NCBI GenBank assembly: GCA_035279705.1
Contig: DATEHG010000095.1
Span: forward strand, 1 to 63,080
DNA length: 63,080 nt
Direction: 5' to 3'
Source: Gemmatimonadales bacterium
GTDB taxonomy: Bacteria; Gemmatimonadota; Gemmatimonadetes; Gemmatimonadales; GWC2-71-9
Shown here: piece after piece, positions 35,641 to 45,260 of the stretch
How positions within the stretch are numbered: position 1 is the stretch's first letter
Layout: every line of letters begins with the position of its first letter
Program-made: the position numbers and the translations under genes
The notes under the pieces: model-generated
Told to the model about the DNA's origin: nothing
The model's input: only the letters and a program-made list of their open reading frames with translations
The model's database searches: none

Positions 35641-36827
35641 CAGAAAGCACTGAGTCCGGTAATCTCCTGCCCCAGAATAAGACCGTGCATGTCATGGGTC
35701 CCTTCGTACGTATACACCGACTCCAGGTTGGCCATGTGCCGCATCGAGTGATATTCGGCCAGGATGCCGTTGGCACCCAGGAGCCGCCGCGCCTCGCGCG
35801 CGATGTTGCAGGCCATGTCGACGTTGTTCCGTTTGGCCAGCGACACCTGCTGCGGCGTCATCGTGCCGCGGTCCTTGAGCCGGCCCAGCTGGAGCGAGAG
35901 GAGCTGGGCCTTGGTGATTTCGGTGAGCATGTCCGCCAGCCGCACCTGCTGCAGCTGGGTCTGCGCGATCGGCTTGTCGAACATGATCCGGTTGCCGGCA
36001 TAGCGCCGGGCCTCGTCGAAGCAGGCCATCGCCGCGCCGGTCGCCCCCCAGGCGATCCCGTAGCGCGCCTGCGTGAGGCACATGAGCGGGCTCTTGAGGC
36101 CGCCGGAGTTTGGCAGGACGGCGTCGGCGGGGAGGCGCACATCGCTCAGCACCAGCTCACTGGTATCGGAGGCGCGGAGCGAGAGTTTGCCTTTCTGGTC
36201 GCGGGCGGAAAAACCGGGAGTATTGGTGGGGACGATGAATCCGCGGACGGACTTCGCGTCGTCAATCGCGCCGGTCTTGGCCCAGATCACGGCCACGGTG
36301 GCCTGGCTGCCATTGGTGATCCACATCTTGGCGCCGTTCAGGATCCAGCCGTCCTTCGTCTGCTTCGCGGTGGTGATCATTCCGGCGGGATTGGACCCGA
36401 AATCGGGCTCGGTGAGCCCGAAGCAGCCGATCGCCTGGCCGCTTGCCAGGATCGGCAGCCATTCCTGCTTCTGCGCCTCGCTGCCGAAGGCGTAGATCGG
36501 ATACATCACCAGCGCGCCCTGTACCGAGGCAAAGGAGCGGATGCCCGAGTCGCCCCGCTCCAGCTCCTGCATGATGAGGCCGTAGGCCACGTTGTTGAGC
36601 CCCGCGCAGCCGTACTCCTCCGGCAGGTTGGCACCCAGGAACCCCAGTTCTGCCATGCCGGGGATCAGTTCCTTCGGGAAGCGGCCGTCGATATAGGCCT
36701 GGCCGATCACCGGCATCAGGTGGTCGTCGACCCAGGTGCGCACCGTGTCCCGCACCGCCCGCTCCTCTTCGGAGAGGAGGCCGTCGACGTCGTAGAAGTC
36801 GGTGCCGGAGAATGAGCCAGACATCAT
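35640..36827 (-). CDS. Acyl-CoA dehydrogenase, glutaryl-CoA dehydrogenase-like
   Basis: CFGLTEPDFGSNP, NGAKMWITNG, LMCLTQARYGIAWG and VYTYEGTHDMH (C-terminal catalytic Glu) motifs. Confidence 0.88.
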   Translation of the reverse strand: MMSGSFSGTDFYDVDGLLSEEERAVRDTVRTWVDDHLMPVIGQAYIDGRFPKELIPGMAELGFLGANLPEEYGCAGLNNVAYGLIMQELERGDSGIRSFASVQGALVMYPIYAFGSEAQKQEWLPILASGQAIGCFGLTEPDFGSNPAGMITTAKQTKDGWILNGAKMWITNGSQATVAVIWAKTGAIDDAKSVRGFIVPTNTPGFSARDQKGKLSLRASDTSELVLSDVRLPADAVLPNSGGLKSPLMCLTQARYGIAWGATGAAMACFDEARRYAGNRIMFDKPIAQTQLQQVRLADMLTEITKAQLLSLQLGRLKDRGTMTPQQVSLAKRNNVDMACNIAREARRLLGANGILAEYHSMRHMANLESVYTYEGTHDMHGLILGQEITGLSAF

Positions 36828-36850
36828 CGTGTTCCTCAGATCGAATTCGA

Positions 36851-36920
36851 GGGAGCAGGGAGCGGTGAGCAGGGAGCGGTGGCTCGTCTCCTGCTCCCCG
36901 CTCCCAGCTCCCCGCTCCCT
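36851..36920. repeat. Inverted pair of heptamer arrays (GGGAGCR)n ... (CCYGCTC)n
   Basis: GGGAGCA GGGAGCG GTGAGCA GGGAGCG ... CCTGCTC CCCGCTC CCAGCTC CCCGCTC. Confidence 0.75.
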
Positions 36921-36921
36921 C

Positions 36922-37635
36922 CTATCCGTCCACCTGAACCGCGCGGGGTGCTATCCCCACCTCGCGCGCCTTTCGCCGGAACGCCCGCCCGTGATCCACC
37001 GCCAGCGCCGACTCCGCCTGCCACTGATGAACCATCTCGTGCAGCAGGGTGTCCCGGAGCGCGGGCCAGCCGTCGCGGCGGAGGTGCCGGCGGCTGAGCG
37101 CGATTTCCAGTGCGGCGCCGCTGTGCCGCTCCATCCGCAGTTCGCCGAGGCGGCTCCGCATCCGTCCCGACAACCGGATGGGAATGGCTGCCAGCCGGCC
37201 CTCAAAGTACTGCCGGTTGAGCGCGGCATGAAGATCGGTGAGCCGGGCCAGGATCGACTCGTCGTCCGGTCTGGCCCGTTCCGGGCGGCGCACCAGCGGC
37301 CGGTCCGGGGGAGCGTACTGTTCGACCGGAAAGGCCAGCAGGGTCTGCTTGTGGCGCATGCGGTCCGAACGCCGCGTGCCGCGCTTGAGAAAGCGGGTGA
37401 TCGCATCGAGCACCGCGTCCGGAGCGTGGGCGTAGCCTTCGTGAAGCCGCAGTACCCCGGCCGGGGTGAGGCTCACCATCACGGTGCGATTGCGATGCAG
37501 GGAAACCCGCGTAATGTGACCCAGGCCGCCGGCGTGGAACCGGGCCAGCAGCTCGGCCGGGGCGCGCGGTGCCGCCGCCGAGTCAGGGCTGAGCGGGAAC
37601 TCGAGCTGAGCCGGATTCGGCAGCGGGACGGGCAA
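36922..37635 (-). CDS. SprT-like zinc-dependent metalloprotease family protein
   Basis: LNRQYFEG, SGRMRSRLG, TLLHEMVHQW (HExxH) and DHGRAF. Start estimated at the TTG at 37635. Confidence 0.85.
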   Translation of the reverse strand: MPVPLPNPAQLEFPLSPDSAAAPRAPAELLARFHAGGLGHITRVSLHRNRTVMVSLTPAGVLRLHEGYAHAPDAVLDAITRFLKRGTRRSDRMRHKQTLLAFPVEQYAPPDRPLVRRPERARPDDESILARLTDLHAALNRQYFEGRLAAIPIRLSGRMRSRLGELRMERHSGAALEIALSRRHLRRDGWPALRDTLLHEMVHQWQAESALAVDHGRAFRRKAREVGIAPRAVQVDG

Positions 37636-38443
37636 AGACGTTGAGATCGGAGGAGAGAAATCGGGACGCGGACTTGTCCCAGCGCTGGAAACCGACTTCG
37701 ACCCGGTCCGGCAGGAGGCGCACGACGTTGAACGAAGCCGGCCGCTCTCCCCGGACCCGGGTGGAGAGGGTGCTCGCGGTGCTGACCACGATCCGGTTCT
37801 CCAGCAGCCCGGTGCCTTCTTCGTGATCATGGCCGCAGAGCACCACATCGGCGCCGCAGGCGACCAGCCTCCGGCCCGCCGAACGCCAGTGCGACAGGCC
37901 CATGCGCTGCGACAGATTGCCGCGGAGCACGTTGTGGTGCAGCACCGCCACCCGGTACTCGTGCTGCGGCGTGCCCTGGAAGACCCTGGTCAGCCGCTTC
38001 GTTTCCGAGCGCGGCAGGTTCCCCTTCACCGCCATGTCGTTGGGGTTGAAGGTGAGCGAACCGAGGGCTATGCCATTGGCCGAGAGGGCGCCGGCAATGT
38101 GCACGCCCGGGATGATCAGGCCGGGGGTGAGGTCCTGGCCGAACCAGCGGCGGTGTTTGCGGTGCAGCACCGAGGTGCCGAGGAGATGGAAGGGGCTCCG
38201 CCACCACTGCACGTCGTGATTGCCGGGTACGGCCAGCACCGGTGCGATCGCCTTGAGGCGGTCGAGGTACAGGTGCGCCGCCTGGAACTCGCCATGCCGG
38301 GCCCGGAGCGTCAGGTCTCCGGAGACCACGACGGCCGCAGGGCGCAGGGCGGCGATTGCCGTCACTGCGCCCTCGAGCACCTGGAGATCCGCGACCTCGC
38401 CGAAGTGGAGATCGGAGAGGTGAGCCAGGAGTACTCCGCTCAC
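37583..38443 (-). CDS. Calcineurin-like metallophosphoesterase (CpdA-like)
   Basis: HLSDLHFG, SGDLT, PGNHD, LHH and GHDH motifs. GTG start overlaps the upstream stop. Confidence 0.9.
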   Translation of the reverse strand: MSGVLLAHLSDLHFGEVADLQVLEGAVTAIAALRPAAVVVSGDLTLRARHGEFQAAHLYLDRLKAIAPVLAVPGNHDVQWWRSPFHLLGTSVLHRKHRRWFGQDLTPGLIIPGVHIAGALSANGIALGSLTFNPNDMAVKGNLPRSETKRLTRVFQGTPQHEYRVAVLHHNVLRGNLSQRMGLSHWRSAGRRLVACGADVVLCGHDHEEGTGLLENRIVVSTASTLSTRVRGERPASFNVVRLLPDRVEVGFQRWDKSASRFLSSDLNVFARPAAESGSARVPAQP

Positions 38444-39870
38444 CAGATGACCTTGACCTTGTACTTGAGCACCGCGTTGCCTCGCGCCGGCACCGGGACC
38501 CGGAACCGGTAGCGGGTCGAAGAGAGCTTCGTGGCAGTCACCGAACTGGAGAGCACCGACCATTCACCGCCCCGCTCCTCCAGCACGTCGATCGTGGCCG
38601 CGCTGTCGGTCGGGTTGGTCAGCGTGACCCGGTAGTCGGCCGTCGCGACCGTCCGCCACCCTTGCGGCAGACTGTCCCGCTTCGTCATGAAGGAGGCCTG
38701 CACCCGCTTGGCCGTCAGGTCGAAGGCGTTGCCGGCATAGAGGCGGAGCTCTTCTCCCGGCGGAGAGTGATCGATCGACGCCTCGCCCACCAGCTGCTGC
38801 CGCCCACCGGAATCGGGCTGGAAGATCCGGACCGTGCCGCCGGGAAGCGGACGATCGCCCAGATCGGTCTTGCGGGGGCGCTGCAGCACGTAGCTCACCT
38901 CGACCGGCGCGTCCTGCTCATCGCCCTGCTGGTAGAGGCCACCCCAGTAGGGAATCTGCCCGCGGACGACGTAACTCTTCTCGTACTTGGCCGAGGCGGG
39001 GTCGAAGAGCGAGATCGTGGTGGTGCGGCCGGGCAGGATCGAACTCTTGCCAGGCAGTGAGTACAGATGGAATTCGCCCACCTTCTGCTCCGAGGCATTG
39101 CGATAATCCGCCTGGGCCCGTGCTGCCTGCAATGACATGACGCCGCTCTTGGCCATCGGCGCCATCTCCGCCACCGCCCGGTTGACCGACCCGGCGAGCA
39201 GCTGCACCTCGGCGTCTTCCGCCTTGAACCCGGATGACTGGATCACCGCACTGCCGCTGACCGTGGCCTGGCCCGCATTGCCCAGCATCACGTGGTAGCT
39301 GGCCTGCCATTGGGCGCCTTCGGAGAAGTAGCCCAGCTTGAGTTCCTTCCGACCCTGCGAGCTGCGCAGCAGCAGATTGGTCACCGGCTCCACCGACACC
39401 AGCTCGGATGGGAAGAGCGGTATGCCGGGAGCCGAGAATGACACCGACCCGTCCGCCAGCTTGTAGATCTCGGGACTGACGCCGAGGATGGTGGCGCTGA
39501 CGGTGTCCTTGCCGTTCTTGAACAGCAGCTTGCGCCCGACCGCGCGGCGCAGCGTCCCGCTGTAGTCACTGGCCGGATCGTAGGTGGCCCCGGCAATGAC
39601 GATGGTCGAATCGAGCGAGAAGAGCGAGGCCGGATCCAGCAGGCCAAGCGCGGCCCACTGACTGGAATTGCCCTTGGGAATGTCCATCGCGAAGGACCGC
39701 CGGACCAGCACCCGGCCGTCGTTGTAGATGGTGACGCTCGACTGAGCGGTGAGAGGTGAGAGGTAAGAGGTGAGAGGGAACAGCACGAGCGCGGCGACTG
39801 CCATCAACTGGCGAACCTGTCCGCCCTGACCGCCCTGTCCGTCCAGACCAGTCCTCAGATGGCTATGCAT
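38440..39870 (-). CDS. DUF4139-domain exported protein
   Basis: VTIYNDGRVLVRR, WQASYHVML, VGEFHLYSL, PLPGGTVRIF...LVGEASIDH and GNAFDL motifs typical of DUF4139 proteins. Confidence 0.8.
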   Translation of the reverse strand: MHSHLRTGLDGQGGQGGQVRQLMAVAALVLFPLTSYLSPLTAQSSVTIYNDGRVLVRRSFAMDIPKGNSSQWAALGLLDPASLFSLDSTIVIAGATYDPASDYSGTLRRAVGRKLLFKNGKDTVSATILGVSPEIYKLADGSVSFSAPGIPLFPSELVSVEPVTNLLLRSSQGRKELKLGYFSEGAQWQASYHVMLGNAGQATVSGSAVIQSSGFKAEDAEVQLLAGSVNRAVAEMAPMAKSGVMSLQAARAQADYRNASEQKVGEFHLYSLPGKSSILPGRTTTISLFDPASAKYEKSYVVRGQIPYWGGLYQQGDEQDAPVEVSYVLQRPRKTDLGDRPLPGGTVRIFQPDSGGRQQLVGEASIDHSPPGEELRLYAGNAFDLTAKRVQASFMTKRDSLPQGWRTVATADYRVTLTNPTDSAATIDVLEERGGEWSVLSSSVTATKLSSTRYRFRVPVPARGNAVLKYKVKVIW

Positions 39871-40183
39871 CACTGGCTTCCTTTCGTGGCTCCCGGGCGA
39901 GATACACCAGCGCCACCCGGCTCGCGATCTGGTACACCAGAAGATAGGTGACCAGCACCGCGATCCCGCCATAGACTCTGAGGGGGGAGTCTCCCGGAAT
40001 CCGGAGCCAGATGTCGAGTCCGAGGAGCAGGGCGGCCACGACAGAGATGCGCGAGGCCAGCCGCCTTGCACGGGTACGGTGCAGCTTCTGACAGTTCCGG
40101 CATTCTTCGCCCCAGGCCAGCCCCGCGACCCGGGTGCCGCAGCGGGCGCAGGGAACTTCAGGCGAGGCGACGAACGATGGCAT
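39863..40183 (-). CDS. Small membrane protein with a CxxC...CxxC motif
   Basis: CARC...CRNC then two hydrophobic helices; fills the gap between coupled genes. Start uncertain. Confidence 0.6.
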   Translation of the reverse strand: MPSFVASPEVPCARCGTRVAGLAWGEECRNCQKLHRTRARRLASRISVVAALLLGLDIWLRIPGDSPLRVYGGIAVLVTYLLVYQIASRVALVYLAREPRKEASDA

Positions 40184-41177
40184 CCCCGAACTCCCGGGTC
40201 GAGGCGGTGCCTCCCAGGTCGCGGGTCCGGACGTTGTCGGTGACGATGACCTGCTCGATGGCCTCGCGGATCCCTTGGGCCGGCTTGAGTTCACCCATGT
40301 GGTCGAGCATCATGGCCGCCGCCAGCATCTGCGCGGCCGGATTGGCGACGCCCTTCCCCGCGATGTCGGGCGCGCTGCCGTGCACCGCCTCGAAGATCGA
40401 GGCGTGGGCCCCGATGTTGGCCCCGGGCGCGAGGCCGAGGCCGCCCACCAGGCCGGACACCTCGTCGCTCAGGATGTCGCCGAACATGTTGGTCGTCACG
40501 ATCACGTCGAACTGCTCGGGCTTGAGCACGAGCTGCATGGCGCAGTTGTCCACGATCAGGTCGTTGGACTGCACCCGGCCCTCGTACTCCTTCTGGATGA
40601 ACTTGCCCACCTCGAGGAAGAGGCCGCTCACCATCTTGAGGATGTTCGCCTTGTGTACGATCGTGACCTTCTTGCGCCCGTGCCGGATGGCGTACTCGAA
40701 TGCGTAACGGATGATCCGCTCGCACCCCGCCCGGCTCACGATCGCGGTGGACTCGCCCACCGCGCGGGGGTCTCCGCCGATCGCGATGAAGTGCTCGACC
40801 CCGACGTAGAGCCCCTCGAGATTTTCCCGCACCAGCACGATGTCCACGTTGGTGAACCGCCCGCCCGGAACGAACGAGCGGGCGGGCCTGAGGTTGGCGA
40901 ACAGCTCGAATTCCTTGCGGAGCGCCACATTCACCGAGCGGAAGCCGGTGCCCACCGGCGTGGTGAGCGGCCCCTTGAGGGCCAGCTTGCGGCGCCGGAT
41001 GCTCTCGATCGTGGCGTCCGGCAGCGGAGTGCCGGTCGCCTCCACCGCCGCGACACCCGCCAGCTGCTCATCCCAGTTGAACTTGATGCCCGTGGCCTCG
41101 AGCACACGCACCGTCTCGGCGGTGATCTCAGGCCCGATCCCGTCGCCGGGAATGAGGGTGACGTCGTAGGTGCTCAT
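40158..41177 (-). CDS. icd: Isocitrate/isopropylmalate dehydrogenase family enzyme, NAD-dependent isocitrate dehydrogenase-like
   Basis: IPGDGIGPE, LKGPLTTP...FRSVNVALR (isocitrate-type S-x-N), HKANI, NMFGDILSD and FEAVHGSAPDIAG motifs. Confidence 0.8.
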   Translation of the reverse strand: MSTYDVTLIPGDGIGPEITAETVRVLEATGIKFNWDEQLAGVAAVEATGTPLPDATIESIRRRKLALKGPLTTPVGTGFRSVNVALRKEFELFANLRPARSFVPGGRFTNVDIVLVRENLEGLYVGVEHFIAIGGDPRAVGESTAIVSRAGCERIIRYAFEYAIRHGRKKVTIVHKANILKMVSGLFLEVGKFIQKEYEGRVQSNDLIVDNCAMQLVLKPEQFDVIVTTNMFGDILSDEVSGLVGGLGLAPGANIGAHASIFEAVHGSAPDIAGKGVANPAAQMLAAAMMLDHMGELKPAQGIREAIEQVIVTDNVRTRDLGGTASTREFGDAIVRRLA

Positions 41178-41860
41178 TTCTTGTCGATCTCGAGAGGAAG
41201 CACGGTGGCCATCGCGGCCTTGAGCGCCCGCTCGGGCGTACTGCCGAGGCCGGGAGCGAGGGTGCGGTAGACCACGTCACCCGTGCGGGTGTCGGTCATG
41301 ACCATCGTAAGTTCGGCCTTGATGCCGCTGTCCGGCACGGTGCTGAAGAGCAGCGAGGCGGGGATCAGCACGTGGCGCCCGCCGGCCATGGCCGCCAGCG
41401 ACCGGAGCGAGCTGCGCAGCGGATCGGGTGTGGTCTTGGTCTCGTGATCGCGCATGATGGCCTGCCCCATCCTGTCCGGATCGCTCACCACGCCGGGGCT
41501 GCGGAGCGCAATCTTGCGGAGCTCCGGCGGCAGGACCCATTTCACCTCGGTGGCACGGGCCTCGAGCTCCTGGCCGATCAGTGAATCGGCCCACTGCAGC
41601 GCCCTGGTCCGGTCGGCCAGCGCCGGAGGGGGAGTCGTGGTGTCGGTAAAGAACAGAAACGTGATCGGGACGACGGCCACCTGCTCGCCCGAGATCGGAA
41701 AGGTGCCGAGGGCGTTGGCCGGATAGACGGGCTTGGGCTTCGGAGTGGCGCCGGTCTCTGCCTGCTTGCCGCCGCATGCGGCCAGGGTAAGCACACCAAT
41801 CGTGCCCCAACGGGCTCCACGCCACAGGACTCGCCGCCGGAGCCACCAGTTGGTCGCCAC
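41174..41860 (-). CDS. Hypothetical lipoprotein
   Basis: Lipobox LAAC after a basic and hydrophobic signal; coupled to icd by ATGA overlap. Confidence 0.7.
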   Translation of the reverse strand: MATNWWLRRRVLWRGARWGTIGVLTLAACGGKQAETGATPKPKPVYPANALGTFPISGEQVAVVPITFLFFTDTTTPPPALADRTRALQWADSLIGQELEARATEVKWVLPPELRKIALRSPGVVSDPDRMGQAIMRDHETKTTPDPLRSSLRSLAAMAGGRHVLIPASLLFSTVPDSGIKAELTMVMTDTRTGDVVYRTLAPGLGSTPERALKAAMATVLPLEIDKK

Positions 41861-41905
41861 GCATCACTCCAAGGGGGGAAAGTGGGGGAAAGGTAATGAC
41901 AGAGT

Positions 41906-42018
41906 GGCAGGGGGGCAGGGGGGCAGGGGGGCAGAAGCAGGGAGGCTAGTTGGCTGGTCGCTTCGACTCGCGCGTCGTGGCTCGCGACCCTCGACCCTCG
42001 ACCCTCGACTCTCGACTC
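41906..42018. repeat. Adjacent arrays (GGCAGGGG)n and (CGACCCT)n
   Basis: GGCAGGGG x3 plus variant at 41906-41942; CGACCCT x3 CGACTCT CGACTC at 41985-42018. Confidence 0.75.
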
Positions 42019-42883
42019 ACTCCAGCGACAGTCCGCCGTCCACCACCAGCGTCTGTCCCGTGATGTGCCGCGCCTCCTCCGAGCAGAGAAACGACACCAC
42101 ATGGGCCACATCATCCGGCTCGGCCACCCGCCCGAGAACGCTGCTCCGCTGCACCCGCTCCACCACCTCCAGGGGCAGCATGGCCATCCGTTCGGTGCGG
42201 ATGAAGCCCGGGGCGACGGCGTTCACATTCACGTTCGCCGGACCGAGTTCCACTGCGGCGGACCGGGTGAGGCCGTGCAGCGCCGCCTTGCTCGCGGCGT
42301 AGTTGGCCACGCCGAATCCGGGACGATCGGCCTGGTGCGCGCTGATGTTCACGATCTTGCCGAAGTGCTGCCGCCGGAAGGTGGGCGCCGCCGCGCGGAT
42401 GCAGTTGAAGCTGCCGGTGATGTTGGTATCCATCACCTCGCGCCAGGCTTCGTCGGTGAGGCGCCAGAGTGCCCCGTCGATGGCGATCCCGGCGTTGTTG
42501 ACCAGGTAGTGCACGCTGCCGAACCGGGCGCGGGTCTGGGTGAAGAAGAGTTCCACCGATGCGCTGTCCCGCACGTCGCAGCGGGCGCTGTACACGTTGG
42601 CGCCGAGGGCGCCGCAGGCGGTTTCGGTAAGCAGCGCCTGCTCCTGCACGTCGCGCCCCTTCATCGGCACCCAGCAGAACGCCACGTCGCAGCCGAGCCG
42701 GGCAAACTCGAGCGCGATGCTCCGGCCGAGGCCGGTGGCCCCGCCGGTAATCACCGCCGTCTTGCCCTTGAAGCCCGGTTCCACCGGCTGGAGCTCGGGC
42801 TGTTCCGCGAGCACCGCACCCGGCTCGGGTGCCGGCGCGGGCCAGCCACTCTCCGCCGAGTAGGAAAACAGGGGGTGAGGCAT
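42017..42883 (-). CDS. SDR-family NAD(P)-dependent oxidoreductase (FabG-like)
   Basis: TGGATGLG, NNAG, YAASK and NAVAPG motifs. Confidence 0.92.
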   Translation of the reverse strand: MPHPLFSYSAESGWPAPAPEPGAVLAEQPELQPVEPGFKGKTAVITGGATGLGRSIALEFARLGCDVAFCWVPMKGRDVQEQALLTETACGALGANVYSARCDVRDSASVELFFTQTRARFGSVHYLVNNAGIAIDGALWRLTDEAWREVMDTNITGSFNCIRAAAPTFRRQHFGKIVNISAHQADRPGFGVANYAASKAALHGLTRSAAVELGPANVNVNAVAPGFIRTERMAMLPLEVVERVQRSSVLGRVAEPDDVAHVVSFLCSEEARHITGQTLVVDGGLSLE

Positions 42884-42978
42884 AAGGGCCCCAACCTACG
42901 GGCCGTCCGGACCTCCGGCAAGCGGAGCGCCGCGGTCTCCCCTACCGCGCCGGACCCGGCCGCCGCCATCTTCCGGGC

Positions 42979-45012
42979 ATGCGGACACTGATCTGGTTTC
43001 TGGTGGCGCTGGCGGGGGCCGCCGGCTGGGCGGTGCTCGCCCTCTCCCGCGGCGAACCGGTGAGTGCGGCGTGGCTGGTCCTGGCCGCCGTCGGCACCTA
43101 TCTCATCGCCTATCGCTTCTACAGCCGCCTCATCGCGACGCGGGTGTTCGAACTGGACGACCGCCGGGCCACCCCCTCCGAGCGACTCGACAACGGCCGC
43201 GATTTCAGCCCCACGGGGCGATGGGTGCTCTTCGGACACCACTTCGCGGCGATCGCCGGCGCCGGGCCGCTGATCGGGCCGGTGCTCGCGGCGCAGTTCG
43301 GCTACCTCCCGGGCACGATCTGGATCGTGGTGGGCGTGGTGCTCGCCGGCGCGGTGCAGGATTTCGTGATTCTCTGCGGCTCCATGCGCCGCGACGGCAA
43401 GTCCCTGGGCCAGATGGCCAAGGAGGAGATCGGTCCCGCCACCGGCGTCATCGCGATGGTCGCCGTGCTCGCCATCATGCTGATCCTCCTTGCCCCCCTC
43501 GGCCTCATCGTGGTCAATGCACTGCGCGGCAGTCCGTGGGGGGTGTTCACCATCGGGTGCACGATTCCGATCGCCTTCATAATGGGCTTCTGGATGAAGG
43601 TCTGGCGGCCCGGCCGCACCATGGAGGCCTCGACCATCGGTGTCGTGCTGCTCATTGCGGCGCTGATCGGCGGCCGCGCGGTCGCCGAGACCCCGGCGCT
43701 GGCCCAGGCCCTGACCTTTTCGGCGGTGACGCTGGCGTGGATGCTGATGGCGTACGGCTTCGTGGCGAGCGTGCTGCCGGTGTGGATGCTGCTGCTCCCC
43801 AGGGACTACCTCTCGACATTCATGAAGATCGGCGCGGTGCTGCTGCTCGCCGCCGGGATTCTCGTCGTCCTGCCCCCGCTCCAGATGCCGGCCGTGACGC
43901 GGTTCGTCGACGGCACCGGGCCGGTCTTCGCCGGCAAGCTCTTCCCCTTCGCGTTCATCACCATCGCCTGCGGCGCGATCAGCGGATTCCACGCTCTCAT
44001 CGCCTCGGGCACGACGCCCAAGATGCTCCGCCGGGAAACCGACGCGCAGCTCATCGGCTACGGCGGCATGCTGATGGAGTCCTTCGTCGCCGTGATGGCC
44101 ATCTGCGCGGCGGCGGTGCTCGATCCGGGCGTCTACTTCGCCATCAATGCCCCGATGGGCGCCCTGGGCGGAGATGCGGCCCACGCGGTGGACACCATCC
44201 GCCAGTGGGGATTCGCGCTGGAACCGGGACAGATGGAGGCGCTGGCCCGCTCGGTGGGCGAGACGACGCTGCTGGGACGCGTAGGCGGGGCGCCGTCCCT
44301 GGCCATGGGCATGGCCCACATCTTCAGCGGCGCCTTCGGCCAGGGGCTCATCGCGCTCTGGTATCACTTCGCCATCATGTTCGAGGCGCTGTTCGTGCTC
44401 ACCACGCTCGATGCGGGCACGCGCGTGGGGCGCTTCATGCTGCAGGACCTGCTGGGCCAGCTCTGGGCCCCCATGGGAAAGACCAGCTGGTACCCCAGCA
44501 TCATCCTCTCGTCGGCGCTGGTCGTGGCGGGGTGGGGCTACTTCCTGGTGCAGGGCGTGCTGGACCCGCTGGGCGGCATCAATTCGCTCTGGCCGCTGTT
44601 CGGCATCAGCAACCAGCTGCTGGCCTGCATCGCGCTCTGCGTGGGCACCACGCTCATCATCAAGCGCGGCAAGGCCCGCTACGCGTGGATCACGCTGGCG
44701 CCGATGGCCTGGGTGCTGCTCGTGACGCTCACCGCCGGCTCGCAAAAGATCTGGGCGGACGATCCCCGTCTCGGCTTCCTGTCCCACGCCACCGCCACCG
44801 CGGCGCAGATTGCCGCCGGAACGATGGACCCGGCCCGCGGCAGCCGCCTCATCTTCAACGACCGGCTCGATGCCGTCATCGCCGCGGGGTTCATGTCGGT
44901 CGTGGTGCTGGTGGTGCTCATCTCGGCGCGGGTGTGGCTCAGGATCCTGGCGGGACAATCGGTGCCGGCGCCCACCGAGACACCGTTCATGGAGACGGTG
45001 TATGAGAGCTAG
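42979..45012 (+). CDS. cstA: Carbon starvation protein A family transporter (CstA/BtsT-like)
   Basis: LFGHHFAAIAGAGPL.GP, GAVQDF, PRDYLSTF, CGAISGFH and TTLDAGTRVGR motifs. Confidence 0.95.
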   Translation: MRTLIWFLVALAGAAGWAVLALSRGEPVSAAWLVLAAVGTYLIAYRFYSRLIATRVFELDDRRATPSERLDNGRDFSPTGRWVLFGHHFAAIAGAGPLIGPVLAAQFGYLPGTIWIVVGVVLAGAVQDFVILCGSMRRDGKSLGQMAKEEIGPATGVIAMVAVLAIMLILLAPLGLIVVNALRGSPWGVFTIGCTIPIAFIMGFWMKVWRPGRTMEASTIGVVLLIAALIGGRAVAETPALAQALTFSAVTLAWMLMAYGFVASVLPVWMLLLPRDYLSTFMKIGAVLLLAAGILVVLPPLQMPAVTRFVDGTGPVFAGKLFPFAFITIACGAISGFHALIASGTTPKMLRRETDAQLIGYGGMLMESFVAVMAICAAAVLDPGVYFAINAPMGALGGDAAHAVDTIRQWGFALEPGQMEALARSVGETTLLGRVGGAPSLAMGMAHIFSGAFGQGLIALWYHFAIMFEALFVLTTLDAGTRVGRFMLQDLLGQLWAPMGKTSWYPSIILSSALVVAGWGYFLVQGVLDPLGGINSLWPLFGISNQLLACIALCVGTTLIIKRGKARYAWITLAPMAWVLLVTLTAGSQKIWADDPRLGFLSHATATAAQIAAGTMDPARGSRLIFNDRLDAVIAAGFMSVVVLVVLISARVWLRILAGQSVPAPTETPFMETVYES

Positions 45013-45220
45013 GGGGGGCAGCGGGACTGGGGGGCAGTGGTTTCGATTGCCTGTGGGATGGGTATCCGTGATCCGGAAGATCGCCGGCATGCCGGACTAT
45101 GAGGCCCATCTCAAGCATTTGCGCACCTGTCATCCCGACGCGGCGACGCCGACCGAACGGGAGTATTTCGACCAGTTTCTCCGCACGAAAAGCGGAAACT
45201 CGGGATCGCGCTGCTGCTAG
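45002..45220 (+). CDS. YbdD/YjiX (DUF466) family small protein
   Basis: GMPDYEAHLKH...HPD...EYF...RCC C-terminus; the usual CstA partner. ATG at 45002. Confidence 0.85.
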   Translation: MRARGGSGTGGQWFRLPVGWVSVIRKIAGMPDYEAHLKHLRTCHPDAATPTEREYFDQFLRTKSGNSGSRCC

Positions 45221-45260
45221 GCTGTCGCTGCCCCGCTGCCCCGCTGCCCCCCTGCCCCGC

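Noticed and set aside
45209-45220. Possible selenocysteine recoding in the YbdD/YjiX C-terminus
   Set aside because: The codons are TGC TGC TAG (Cys-Cys-stop), with no in-frame TGA.
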